Of a DNA stretch of 64,000 nt, positions 26,611 through 40,859 are shown piece after piece (position 1 is the first letter of the stretch; every line of letters starts with the position of its first letter). Where the stretch lies: NCBI GenBank assembly GCA_951406725.2, contig OX597815.1, positions 18,662,001 through 18,726,000 on the forward strand. Reading direction: 5' to 3'. The DNA comes from Octopus vulgaris. Lineage: Eukaryota. The position numbers and the translations under genes are program-made. The notes beneath the pieces are model-generated. The model saw only the letters and a program-made list of their open reading frames with translations. It was not told where the DNA came from and searched no databases.

Positions 26611-27794
26611 TTTCATTGTGCCGAGCTGTTTATATTAATATATGAGTGTGTGTGTGTATGTGTGAAAGTTCGAAGCGGTACAGACACTCTACTTCTACCT
26701 TGTGTAGCAACAAAGAAATAGACAGGCATTTTCATATTACACAAGCAAATGAGCATTTGATAAGTGGTTGAGTATTCCACAACTGCTTATACTTTGAACG
26801 AAAATTTCATGAACATTCAGCGTAGTTCTTTGTGTGACAAAGCCACCATTCAAAATTATAAATACAGCCCATTCGATAGGCTTCGTTCTCCTAAGTTTCT
26901 TTGGGCATTCTCTATTCTTTCAGGCAAAACACTTCTCAAGTCTTCACGCATTCATAGTTTAGTGAGTGCACAGGGAACTTCTTAACCACTAGGTTGTAGC
27001 TGCAATTGAATTGCCCCATGTAAACATGGTATATATAGTGTATCATATATATATATACGATTGAAATTTTATATCAACTCTGATTTGAATTCAGAACAAA
27101 CCTAAGCAACTGTATCGTCTGTGCCACTAGATTATGAAAGATTTAAAATGCTTTCAATAAACTGTAAACAATTTAATTATTGGTAGACATTAACGAAATT
27201 AAATATATGAAATATTTAATTATTTTAAAATCTATATTAAAGTTGTCAGAATCACATAATAAGACTTGAGGACTTACATATGGAACGAATCTAAGTGGAA
27301 TACGCATTTAACCCGTGGCTTATTATTATTTGTTCAAAATCAGTTATAAAAAAGTTATCTTTAAATCATGAGAGACTTACTGAAGAGTGATATTAAGGCA
27401 CTCGTTAATATAAAAATCACAGCAGCGATGAAAATATAATTGAATATTTATAGGAGTGACAAACAATCAGATTAACATTTGTTTTCGAGGAAAATTTTTA
27501 TTTTATCGATAAGAAAAAAAAAATGGTTTAATAAGGATTTACGTATAGATATATCTAAATTGGTGGGGGAAAAGGCTTTACAAAACTGATCGGTAAATAG
27601 TTAGCATGTTTAATGTGTGTGTATGTATGTATATATATATGATTGATTGATTGATTCCAGTTCCAGCCTATGAGCTGTGGCCATGCTGGGGCACCGCCAT
27701 AGTAGTAGTAGTAGGATAGTAGTAGTAGTAGTAGCTTCAGCGGTACTAATGTTTCCTCTCCCATAATTTATATATATATATATATATACATATA

Positions 27795-27996
27795 TGATCG
27801 CCATGTTGATTCGCTAGCTTCTGCACGCAATTTTTTTTCTCTCCTTGTTTCTTTTCTGTGTATCTTTCTGTTGAAGAGCGTAGGCTCGAAACGTAAAAGA
27901 CTTGTTTTATTTATATTCCTGAGCGCCATAATAATACAATTGTTTGTTTGTACTCCACCTGCCGTCGTCTTTTGTTTCTTTTCATAAAGCTTCCCG

Positions 27997-27998
<2 letters not shown>
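27795..27998 (+). mobile_element. Penelope-like terminal-repeat fragment (family P2) with a minimal hammerhead at 27863-27900
   Basis: tcttt-CTGTTGA-a-gagc(gtag)gctc-GAAA-cg-TA-aaaga, flanked on both sides by (TA)n. Confidence 0.7.
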
Positions 27999-28041
<43 letters not shown>

Positions 28042-28639
28042 TTAATATATATGTATATATATATATATACATATATATTAATGTGTGTGTGTGTGTGAGT
28101 GTGTGTGTGTATGTATGAGTGTATGTGTGTGCACATATATATATATGTACACTCACGCACACATACACATATATTAGAAAAAGTAGACTTCTTTCAAAAT
28201 TTTATGATGAAGAAGAGAATAATATTTAGATTCTAATTGAAAATGCTACTGGTTTGGACGATGCAAAAATATTTAGTCATGCGACCGATACCATGACAGG
28301 TTTATTTTTTTTTCTCAGCCTGGCAATCTACGGAGGTTAGACTGGTTGCTGACAACACCCATTGGAGAAGGTGTCACAATATGTGACATCGCAGACGAGG
28401 GGCCCCGCCACGGAACGGGAAAATTGGAGTAGTTCGTAGTGGTGGGATAGGTCATATGTTTGAAGTTGGTAGTGGCAGCAGCAATAATAGTGGTCATAGC
28501 TGTAGTGACTGTATCGGCCTCATTAGTACAAGCAGTAGCAGCTGAAGTAGTCCATGTCGTATTATTGGTGGAAGTGGTAGAAGACGGAGTTGTATTGGAA
28601 GCCGGAGTAGCAGTAGTACTACTAAAGCAGCAGCAACAG

Positions 28640-28683
28640 TAGTAATAGTAGTAGTAGTAGTAGTAGTAGTAGTATTGGTGGTG

Positions 28684-28724
<41 letters not shown>

Positions 28725-28760
28725 GGTAGTGATAGTAGTAGTGATATGAGCTAAATCATC

Positions 28761-28804
<44 letters not shown>

Positions 28805-28966
28805 TGGTAGTATTGGTGTTGGTAGTAGTAGTAGTGGTAGCGGTAGTAGTAGTAGTAGTAGTAGTGGTAGTGATATGAGCTAAAGCAGCAGCAAGAGTAG
28901 TAGTTGTAGTAGCGGTAGTAGTAGCAGTAGTTGTTGTAGTAGTAGTGGTAGTAGTAGTGGTAGTAT

Positions 28967-28998
<32 letters not shown>

Positions 28999-29043
28999 AT
29001 AGTAGTAGTAGTAGTAGGATAGTAGTAGTAGTAGTAATAGTAG
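28640..29043. repeat. (TAG)n/(TGG)n compound microsatellite
   Basis: Direct reading. Confidence 0.95.
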
Positions 29044-29841
29044 CTTCAGCGGTACTAATGTTTCCTCTCCCATAATTGTTAAGAAGGACATTTTTTATGA
29101 GAATACACATGATGCGAAACAAAGGAGCCGGATAAAGGAATAAGGGAACTGAAGCAATCGTTGCTCTGGGCTATAGAATGATCTCATGACACTTACAGGA
29201 CAACATCCAAATGTATGAACATAATTACACAGTCATTCAAAATGGCGCTTTTTACCGCCGCTGAGCGAGAATGACAATGGAGGAAAATCACTTTGTGCTT
29301 CGTGTTTTCTATGTTGTACCTTGCAATTTGTGCAGCTCCTTGAATATAATATGAAAGCAAATTGAATGTATATTAATATCTGCCAAAGTGAATATTTTGT
29401 GAATTTATATAATTCATATCAACAACGGGCAAAAAGTGGAATTGGTCGCGAACTTATAAAGCACCTGCCCCCAACCCGCTCCCATTCATTACACACAGGC
29501 ACATATGCACGCCCACACACACGCATACATACACACACACACACATACACACACAGACCCTATCTCTCTCTCTCTCTCTCTCTCTCTCATGTAGCATAAT
29601 ACACCGTATGCACTATGCATGAATTATCCATCCACCGTATTGAAATAACGTTGGGACCGCCTAGCAATTGCATTATATAATCATTATTCAGTTACATCAC
29701 ATAAATAAGAGCCGACTGGAAAACAGAAGAGTCCACTCACAGGGCAAGCTGCACCGTTCACACAAATGGAAACATGAATTTATAAATATGTATGCACACA
29801 TATACACACATGCATATACATACATGTACACACATACACCG

Positions 29842-29896
<55 letters not shown>

Positions 29897-30006
29897 TATA
29901 TACATATGTATATATATGCATATACATATATATATATACATATATATATTTATTTATATATATATATAGATAGATAGATAGATATACACACATCATAATC
30001 ATTAAA

Positions 30007-30143
<137 letters not shown>

Positions 30144-32109
30144 AATACCTATATACATACATATATGCATGTATATATAATTACATGCATGCATACGTAC
30201 GCACTCATAAATATACCTATACATTTATGCTTTTATATATTGTACTTTTGTGCCAATATATAACAGCCTTACTATGGTACAACGCCATGTGAGTTGAATG
30301 ACCAAAATAAAAGGAAATATCTCGATAGTTTGGTGTAATATACACGTTGTGCTCACGTACATGTATCGTTTATCTGCATGCAATTATTCATGAGAATTAA
30401 TAATGCACAACATTCTAGTACAGTATAGCATACTACTAGTAATATGTTGTCTACTAAGTACATAATGATCTACCGATATGCATTTCAGTATAGATGACTA
30501 GTACAGACTCATATGCATTGAGAAAGTTTAGAATTATATATTATGTATGATAATAGTTGCTAATGGTCTTACCTAAACTATCTTAATGCGAGAGAGTTTC
30601 CAGAATATCATTATAGTCAATATGCATTACAAATAAAGTATTCTATACGCAGTTCCTGAATTACTGCTACCTATCATTCATTCCTTAACCCTTTCTTTTT
30701 GTACCATATGCAATACAAGGTTCTTATGAAATCTTGTATTGCATTCTTGACTACCGATATGGCAAAGCTATCAACATCATTGAAACTGCGATTGAACGAT
30801 TGCACACAATTTTGCATGATACCATTGATGTCATATTGCTAGTATTCTACCTTTAAAAACATATCCTTCAATACAAGAAATTTATCGGTGTGTGTTGAAA
30901 TTACATTAAAAGTATCATCTATGAATTCATGATCGCTTAATATTTATACATAATATCGTGTTGGATAATATATATTACAAAGGCTACGGTGTTTACTCAA
31001 ACTCCAGAATTACTTGGTAGCATTTTACATGCTTTCTATAATTTTTTACTTGCAAATGGAGTCGCAGACAGACAAGTTCATGGTGCACTCTCTCTTAACT
31101 AATCCAAATATATAGTATATGAAAATTAAATGATGATGGGGCCGCACGAGATTTTGGTTGTCGTTCTATTTATTGACCATAGAATGATGAAAAACAAAGT
31201 TGATGACACTGTTTGTGATGACACCTGGCCTAGTGGTCAGAGCTTGGGATCGAGAACATAAGGGTATGGATTCGATCACAGACTACTTGTGTCTTTAAGC
31301 AATGATCTTCATTTAGGATTCCTGCGGTTAAATCTGCAGCCTTATCACAGCCTGGCTGTTTCGTCCGGTGTTCCGAGATGTTGGCTGTGTCTGTTAGGGA
31401 CCACATAGTCATCTATATCAATTAGTGAAATGATGCCTGCTAGCAAATGACATTCGCCCTAGAGTGAAGAAAGATTGAGAGTGAGGCAAATATACAAAGC
31501 TGGTTCAAGATGACTGTAACAGAACTGATTCTAAAAGAAAATGTCACCTAGCTAGCGAGAAACCGCTGGTGAATTGTGTGCTATAATTTCAAGTATACCA
31601 AGAGTTTCAATTGTTTGAACCTTTTGTTAAAAATCACTGTGAAGCTGATAACATCACCACAGATGAAATAGAATAGCAGCTGGAAAGAAAACAAATTTAA
31701 GATGTTCTGTAGAACTATTGATGAAAAAAAACATGACTTCAGATGTGTAGCGGCGGTGGATAAACTTGATTATGGTCTTGTTAGATTCAAAGACTAATGC
31801 TCGTAGAAATCCATCTAGAAACATTACTACCAATGGTCTGACTATTACTCATTTATCTAATGAAGGATGCTAAAGTTACTTACGAATAGAGGAAAATATG
31901 TCCTATGATGGAACTTGTTGAAAGGAGCATGTAATCAGCGAATATAAAACCTGGATAAAGAAAATATCGTCTTCATAACTTTCCGCATGCAGTAAGTCGA
32001 TAACCCACAATGTATTTGTCGTACAAGTGCTTATATCAACATTGAAGCTATTCGACTGGTTACTAAATTAGATGTATCCTATTGATGCTGAAAACCTACA
32101 ATCATTAAT

Positions 32110-32300
32110 GTGTTGCAGGATCTTCCACAAGAACACTGATGTACACTACCTTCTTTTAAACAAACATACGACAATAGAGACTTAACATCGACACAGCAGT
32201 TTCTGAATATTGCATCATATCCCTTCGACAACAGATAATCACCATCAACATCCAATTCCTTTTATAGATCATGCTTGCATTCTTGAGGACGATAACTTCT
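32110..32300 (+). pseudogene. Possible second decayed R4-like RT-thumb fragment
   Basis: FHKNTDVHYL... and IISLRQQI resemble the region translated at 11973-12070. Confidence 0.3.
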
Positions 32301-35060
32301 AAAGAGTAAGAAACGAACTTCTGGAAAGTATTACCTGACTGATCCCTTATTTTCAGTCAGAGAAGTTTCACAACTCTACCACAAGCCGTCACGAGAGAGA
32401 CAGTATACATACTAGCAAAAATGTCATAGATACCTACGTTCCCAGAAGGCTGCAAAGGGTCACAAACATTGACAAATGAAGTCATCTAACCTGGATTAAC
32501 AACCAGAACGTTACTCGCACGTCGTAGGATACGCTTTGGCCATACAGGTGCAAGCTATACTCGCAAGAGTTATGAGGATACAGGTAAATGTGTTTGATAC
32601 AACTTCCAATGCTGGCTTTATGAAATTAACATTCAGCATGTCACCCATGTCATAAGTTGGGAATAAGCTCACATTTCGATAGAATACTGGAATGCCCCTG
32701 TTAAGACTGAAATAAAACGTAAGGAAAACAAACTGACATAATGATCGGGGACTATTATAACAGCAGCTGAAATTAGTTGCTCAGCATATATCAATATAAA
32801 ATTAAAAGTTAGTGAAAAAGAGAACATCTATACCAGACTGATGAGAAATCTGCCGGTAATTCTTACGGCCAATAAATTTAGAATTCTTTTAAAACTTATT
32901 GGAGCATATGGGTACAGGATCATTTGCCTCATGACCAATCTGGAGAAGGTGAAATTTACTAAACCACAACAATCATGTCTAAGCTAAAGGTTATAGCAAG
33001 AGGTTGACATTACTGTAAAAATATGTAAACCATTCATGAAATACATCATGTAAATAAGATTTACGCATATAGTCCCACCTTTCATTGTGGTCATATGCAC
33101 ATGTTCACACACAAACGTATACGTATACAATTGTACATGCACTCATATGCTCATTCATGCAGAGATGTATGAAAACATACATACATGAATACGTACACAC
33201 TTATATACATACATGTGTGTGTATGTGTGTGCGTGTGTTTGTGTGTGCGTACAGTATTTTTGTTATTTTCATGTGACGTAAAGATACACGCTTTTAGGTG
33301 TTAAGTTAGAGTGATGCTGATCGATCTTAATGTGTATTTGTTCAATTTATAGAATTTTTCTATTGGTATCAGATAATGCCCCGTGAATATTTCCCCTCTA
33401 CTTTTGGCCGATTGTAATAATTCAAATCTAATTTCAATAATGTCTCTTTGAATTTAGAAAATTATATCAGTTTCCTACAATTTACTCGATTTATTGCAGT
33501 CTATTCTATTGAAAGCCATAGATGATTACAACTTCATTTCATTTATCGATGTACTTGATTTTAATTACGTGTCTCACGTTATTTCTTCATTTTTTGTTTT
33601 TGTTTTTATTCCTATAATGGTCAATCTACTGTTTCAAGATACTTCATATTTAGAACTATTTTCACTAAAAGCGACATAAATCAATGGATTTGTCCTAATT
33701 GATTTTTTTCCCCTAATGTTAGATGTTTGACGTATTAAAACAAAATCAATGTTTTTCATCTGGTTGATAATCTTCGACTTAATTGTTTCATTAACCTTTC
33801 ATATATGCTCCATTGAGAGTGAGAGACACAACTTGTATATCTTCTCTTCCCACAGCCTTACTGCTTGCTGAATGGATCTCTGGTTGCATCTTGTAATTAA
33901 GGCAGTGAGGCAAAAATTGTTTTGATGTTAGAGTCTACTATTTTCTGCCTAGAAAAATCAACATCCTTCATGATACCACGAACCTGCTTATTTCTTCTTT
34001 TCATATTAACCAATATTCATATATTATGAATATTCATAGCTTTAATAACGCTAATAGCCGTTATTAAAAGCTACTTTTCTCATAAATTTGTGTTATATAA
34101 TTTTTTCAATTGTCTATCATAAAGGTATCTATACACATAAAAATTCATTACCGCTAACTATATGCAGACAAAAGTATTAAAATATTCACGTTATTATCCA
34201 AAATAAACTTTCTGCAGCAAACTGTTCTAAAATACCTCTAAATATTCTAAAACATGAAATCATCTATGAAATACTTGGTGTGTGTTTTATATACCATTCC
34301 AAATATACAATTTTTTCTTTGTATTATAGACGAAAACCTACATCTATTTTAAATGCTTATAATAACATTTTTGATGCAGTTTCCTCAATGAAAATCACCA
34401 TTATGTGGTACACTAAATTTATACTATGTTAAATCTATTTCCTTTTTATTTTTTACGGTGAATAATATTCTTGCTGTCATATTAATTTTACAGACAATAT
34501 TTCTGCTATGCTTATACATTTCCTGACAATCTTCTTATTTTGGCTGTTCTGCAATTAGTAAGTCAGGAAGGTCCGCAAAAACTTCAGTATTGTAGACACA
34601 CTATTAGAATCACTTAAAAGTGTTCACTTCAAATTTCAGCTAAGCCGAAGAAATATCCTTATGATTTTCTCGCCGTTTAATAAATGTGGAGCAATGCCAA
34701 CTATGTGCATTTATATTTCAAAACCTAATTTCTATTTCAAATGATGACTAATTGATTTTATGAAAGCTAATTCATTTCAAATGTGACTTTAAGTTTAAGG
34801 TCCAAATATAAACAAGACTAAAAGAGAGAAATCGTTCACAATAGCTAAAGTAGTACTTTTATTTATAGTAAAATATTTTATATATATATTGTCGAATCGT
34901 TTCACTGAGTCGTCTTTCCATCACATTGCAGATTGCAGCCAGCGAGGCATACGGTTTGTCTGATGGACTGGTCGATGATGCACACATACATGCATGCATA
35001 CATACATACATACATACATACATACATACATACATACATACATACGTACATACATATTTA

Positions 35061-35271
35061 CAAGTGTAAACAAGAGAGACAGAAAGGCAGAAACAAGGAA
35101 AATGCCACTTATATTTGAACACTATACAAATATTCTTTTAAAAAAATTTTCTTTTAATTTTTCTAAATTTAATTATTTAATTGTTACAGTTGAAAAGGTC
35201 TCAAATGACTGAAACCGGTACTGAAATGTTCTTTATAAAATTATTTTAGCATTTTCTATCTTGACTTGTTT

Positions 35272-35276
<5 letters not shown>
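35061..35276 (+). mobile_element. Penelope-like terminal-repeat fragment (family P1) with a hammerhead at 35187-35223
   Basis: cag-TTGAAAA-ggtc(tcaaat)gact-GAAA-ccgg-TA-ctg; homologous to 1-196 and ends at (TA)n. Confidence 0.7.
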
Positions 35277-35351
<75 letters not shown>

Positions 35352-35439
35352 GTGTGTATGTGTGTGTGTGTGTGTACATATATATATGGCCACAGCTCGT
35401 GAGCTGAAACTAAATTATTATATATATATATATATATAA

Positions 35440-36612
35440 ATGTACTTTCCCTGATTATCTATGACTTCCTTCCATCTATTTACAAGCGTTTTAATCCCAT
35501 CAATGTAAAATTCTTTTGGTTTCAAAGCGAACAACTCTGAAATGTCAGTTTCGACCTCCTCCTGGCTTGCGAAAGTTATGTTCCCCAAATGATTCTGTAA
35601 ACTACGAAACAAATGGTAGTCTGAAGGAGCAAGCTCGGAAGAATAAGGTGGATGAGGAATGTTTTTCCCAACCAAGCTCTTCGATCTTCTGTGATGTGAT
35701 CTTTGCAGTGTGGGGTCGCACACTGTCCTGATGAACATCATTCCTTTTCAAATCACTAAAGTGGGTATTGTTTTCTTGAAAGCTTGGTTTAAACGCTCTA
35801 ATCGCTGACAGTAGACTTGAGCATTAATTGTTGCATTATGTCGTAACAATTCCAAGTGAATTACTCCTTTGCAGATCAAGAGAAGAACCTTTTTCCCATG
35901 AAGTTCTCTTCTCGGTTGCAGTTGAGCTTTTTCCCTTTTACCAAGTCACTGTTTACGATCCATTTTTCGTCACCAGTCACAAGTCTATCCAAAAAGAGTG
36001 AAATGAGTTCGCGAGAATGGAGAGAAAAGCAGATGTCAACTCGGGATTTGCGGTTGCTTTCGGAAAATTCATGAGACACCCATTTTCCAAGTTTAGGAAC
36101 CTTTCCAAGTTGTTGAAGATGACGATGAACAGTTATATGCTTTGAACTAAGTTTTATTGCCAATCCCCTAACTGATAATGCAGGATTATCTTCAAATAAT
36201 GCCTCAAGGAGCTTATCATCAAACTCAACTGGATGTCCTGTTCATCTTCAACTTCAAAGCTGAAATCTCCCCTTTGGGATTTTGCAAACCATCTTCTGCA
36301 AGTTCTTTCATTCAAGCATTCTTTCCCATAAACTGAGTGCATGCTTCGAGTCGCTTGGGTTGCAGAGTTTCCTTTTTTTGTACTCATAAATCCTTATGTG
36401 CCTTAAATGGTCTTTGGATACTTCCATGTTATAAATGGTCTTTATCAAAGAAATTTTAATTCTATTATTTTGTAAAATGATATTTAATTAGTTTAAATGT
36501 ACACAAATGCATAAAAATAATTTTAAATTCCATTAGACATTCTGACATACCATTAAATTTCATTCAATTTTAAAAAAGATAGAATCGGACAGAACTTATG
36601 GGATGACGTAAT
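35440..36612 (-). pseudogene. mariner (Mos1/Hsmar-like) transposon with a decayed transposase; left TIR at about 36582-36612, 3' end lost in (TA)n
   Basis: MEVSKDHLRH start at 36427, HTH region (ERTCRRWFAK), GKWVSHE, RLVTGDEKWI and HPPYSSELAPSDYHLFRSLQNHL; frameshifted. Confidence 0.93.
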
Positions 36613-36728
36613 ATTTCTTATGCACCTCCTCACGTTGGTTTTTTTCTCGGTATTTTAATTGTTTGTTTATTTTAACTGACTATATATATATATATAAAAC
36701 CATACATAGATATGCGTGTGTGTGTGTT

Positions 36729-36778
<50 letters not shown>

Positions 36779-37064
36779 CGTGTGTGTGAGTAAGTGCGAA
36801 GATCATAAAATGAATTTACGATAATTTCCGTTAAAAACTTAGTTTTATTTTGATTAAAATTCGATGACTTCAAAAAATCTTATTGCAGTAGTATTACAAT
36901 ACTACAATAGTATTCCGCATCTCTGGCTGTCACCCCGACTCCATTTGTTGTTTTAGCCTAATCGATGTATATGAGTGCATATGCGTGCGTGTAAGAGTGT
37001 GCGCGCGTGTGTCAATTTTAATCCATACCGATATATTTTCTTCGTTGGTATATTGAAAACTGAA

Positions 37065-37410
37065 GGCGGCGAGCTGGCAGAAACGTTAGCACGCCGGGCG
37101 AAATGCTTAGCAGTATTTCGTCTGCTGGTACGTTCTGAGTTCAAATTCCGCCGTGGTCGACTTTGCCTTTCATCCTTTCGGGGTCGATAAATAAAGTACC
37201 AGTTACGCACTGGAGTCGATATAATCGACTTAATCCGTGTGTCTGTCCTTGTTTGTCTCCTCTGTGTTTAGCCCCTTGTGGGTAGTAAAGAAAGAGATTA
37301 AATAAATACTAGTTGCGCACTGGCGTCGATGTAATCAACTTAATCCGTTTGTCTGTCCTTGTTTCTCCTCTCTGCGTTTAGCCTCTTGTAGGTAGTAAAG
37401 AAATAGGTAT
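37065..37410 (+). mobile_element. SINE family A with a duplicated 3' half
   Basis: The 3' segment is repeated at about 37297-37410; TSD ggtata(t/a)tgaaaac at 37047-37060 and 37406-37419. Confidence 0.9.
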
Positions 37411-38749
37411 AATGAAAACAAACTATATATTTTTGGCGGATTACTGCGTTAAATATGATAGTTAACACTTTAAAACGTTTATATACGGATAACCAAATAC
37501 GATATTTCAACGAACTGGTGACCGGTTTTTTAAAACTAGAGATCATGTTAGACCTTCAAAGTTCATATGGTAAGGCAGGAAGAGATAAACGCCGAAATAC
37601 GTGTTCTGGGATATTTTGACACGTCCCTTTTAAATTCACAATGGAGCTTGCTTAACTCTCATTCACTCATAACATATTTACTAATAATCGTTGAAGGTGG
37701 TGTTTTGGTTGTCGTTTAGGTCCTGGTTAACACTGACTGAAACGACCTATGATCAATGGTTTTGCAATAATTTCCAGTGTCTTATACTCATTAAAAATTA
37801 AAATATATTATCTAATGTTAAGGTGAGCTGTTACAGAGAAGTTGCAGCTGTTTTAGCACTTTGTGCGACTGCTTAGATGTTACGTCATTTTACTCGTATC
37901 AGTAAAGCAAATATACAATTTTCGACAAATCTTTGGATACATACCATTCTTGGAAAGTAACGTCATTCTCCAATGGAAATTGCAAAAAAATCAACAAATA
38001 CTCTGTATTACAGAAGAGCGTCTTCAGAAAATATTATATTTTATAAGTTGAAATAACGATTACATTTGATATAGAAGCACTTCATCTGTTTCCGTATGAC
38101 ATTTATCAACAATACTGAGATTTCTGTCGCTACAATCAGCGATCATTTAGAGATAAGCTAAAAGAAAACTTGTCTAAGTTAGGAGAAGTAATGTACAATA
38201 TATTAAATGAATGAATAAGAAAATAGTTTCGATACATAACATACAATTTATTTAATACGCCTCTGCACATGCAGTACAACAACAAAAAAAACAGAAGACG
38301 AGACAAAGAGCAATTAATATGAACAATACATACAATAATAGACACAATATATATTTGTGTGTGTGTATTACAATTTATGTGCGCAAATCATTCATAAAAG
38401 GAAGTACATTTAGTAAATGCGCAATTCTGTTGTATTATATATAGTCATAGGCATAGCTGCAAGGTTGAATGTTTAACGATCCTGAGGTGTCACGATCAAT
38501 TCCATTATGTAGCGCCTTGAAAGGCAGTCCTCCAATATAGCCTTCGCCGATTATAACCTTGACAAACGGTGTTTTTACAAAGTCCGCCAGAAGAGTTATA
38601 AGGAGTGACATAATGGATAGAGCACCGTATATCGTGCGGAGAAGTCGTGGTTGCATATTGCATGTTGTTATGTCAGTGACTATAACACTTATATTTCTAA
38701 AACGCTGCAGTCCTCCACGCTATAAATTAGTCGCGGGTTTAATTATCAT

Positions 38750-39155
38750 TGAGCTGGCAGAAACGTTAGCACGCCGGGCGAAATGCTTAGCAGTATTTCG
38801 TCTGCCGCTACGTTCTGAGTTCAAATTCCGCCGAGGTCGACTTTGCCTTTCATCCTTTCGAGGTCGATAAATTAAGTACCAGTTACGCACTGGGGTCGAT
38901 GTAATCGACTTAATCTGTTTGTCTGTCCTTGTTTGTCCCTTCTGTGTTTAGCCCCTTGTGGGTAGTAAAGAAATAGGTATTTCGTCTGCCGCTACTTTCT
39001 GAGTTCAAATTCCGCCGAGGTCGACTTGTCTTTCACCCTTTCGAGGTCGATTAAATAAGTACCGTTTAATCACTGGGGTCGATGTAATCGACTTAATCCC
39101 CTTGTCTGTCCTTGTTTGTCCCCTCTATGTTTAGCCCCTTGTGGACAATAAAAAT
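38750..39155 (+). mobile_element. SINE family A, head-to-tail 1.8-mer
   Basis: After aaagaaata the sequence restarts at the internal ggtatttcgtctgccg. Confidence 0.9.
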
Positions 39156-39615
39156 TTAAAAAAAATTATCGTTGTACAAAATATATGCATTCTTCATCGT
39201 CCACAAATCCAAGTTCAGTATTATACGAGTACTTAATAAGGCCGTATATCTTCATATACATGAGATCCAACGAACAACTGAACACGAATTTGTTCCTGCT
39301 GAATAGAAGCAGAAAGTATGCTAGTGTGCCCGTCCTACAAAGTATTGGTAAGTTATAAACTATCGATATTGTACGGTGATAAATTTGGGAATTACGTATA
39401 TAGAACCAAGAGTTAGTTTCAACATAATCGGTCGTTATACTAGAAGTAAAGGTCAAATATCCTTCTCATAACATATTTTTATAATGTGGAATACTCGCAA
39501 TAGCAAAATATTTGATCAATGATCTCAATAAGGGTTGAGTTGCAGTTAAGTAATAAGCCATTTCAATAGTTAGAAAGTAGTATATAAAATATAGTCTTGC
39601 TCAACGTGAATACTC

Positions 39616-40036
39616 TTTCTCTTTACTCTTTTACTTGTTTCAGTCATTTGACTGCGGCCATGCTGGAGCACCGCCTTTAGTCGAGCAACTCGACCCCGGG
39701 ACTTATTCTTTTTTTGTAAGCCCAGTACTTATTCTATCGGTCTCTTTTTGCCGAACCGCTAGGTGACGGGGACGTAAACACACCAGCATCGGTTGTCAAG
39801 CAATGCTAGGGGGACAAACACAGACACACAAACAAACACACATACATATATACATATATATAAATATATACGACAGGCTTCTTTCAGTTTCCGTCTACCA
39901 AATCTACTCACAAGGCTTTGGTCGGCCCGAGGCTATAGCAGAAGACACTTGCCCAAGGTACCACGCAGTGGGACTGAACCCGGAACCATGTGGTTGGTTA
40001 GCAAGCTACTTACCACACAGCCACTCCTGCGCCTAT
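39616..40036 (-). mobile_element. SINE family B, full length and young
   Basis: Best-preserved copy; tail GGCGGTGCTCCAGCATGGCCGCAGTCAAATGACTGAAACAAGTAAAAGAG. Confidence 0.95.
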
Positions 40037-40859
40037 GTTGAGGATGTGTGAGCAAATAACAATAAAGTATTTCCTGAATCCCCACAAATGATACTGGCAC
40101 TTCAAAAAAGTCATACATAAAATATAGTTAATTTTGTGTTGCGAAAAACTCTGAACTCTAACACCGCAAAAGAAGTATGCACACACACATATATATATAT
40201 ATATTAACGTATATATAGACACAGGCAATAATTTTCAGAAAATATATACAAAGCTTCACAAAAACACAAAACCTAAACCCCTCTTTGATGTATAAAGACG
40301 TTAAAGGCCATTCGACATGATGCTCGACAAGCTATTAAATAGATGAAAAAAATGTTGAGGTTGATAAGACATATTCTTAAACTTCAAACAAGTATGTTAA
40401 ACGTCAAAGAAACGATACCCGTAAGTTAATACGTAGAATCGTTTGGTCCAGATAATAAAACTTAAAAGTTTTGTAAATAAGCTACCTTTTAATATATAGA
40501 TATACAATTTTAAACTGTTGATGTTTAAAATCCGATATTAAGGTATTGTTTGTTTGTCTTTTCACGAACATAAACGATACTAAATTGTTGTTTAGACCCA
40601 ACCAGTTCTGAGAAACTCTATTATTAAAGACATAATCTTCCGTCTTTTACTAAGACGTAGTCTAGAGAGATCTTTGTTGTGCATTGCTGGACATTTCTAG
40701 TATGTCAAAAAACCACGTACAGGCATTCTCACTTGCAAGAGCATAGTATGAGCAAGGAGCTCTTTTGCCTAAAGATCTTTAGTTATAAGAGTGAGGGATT
40801 CATAAATAAAATTAAAATCGGTCAACTATAATTATAAGCTCTGCCACATGCAGAAAGGG

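Noticed and set aside
35200-35215. 15-nt identity tcaaatgactgaaac between the P1 hammerhead and the SINE-B tail
   Set aside because: It is not conserved in the other P1 copy (21-56) and the flanks are unrelated, so it is treated as coincidence.
38435-38656. 73-aa minus-strand ORF with a hydrophobic N-terminus
   Set aside because: It is short, has no recognisable domain and has no supporting splice or expression signal.
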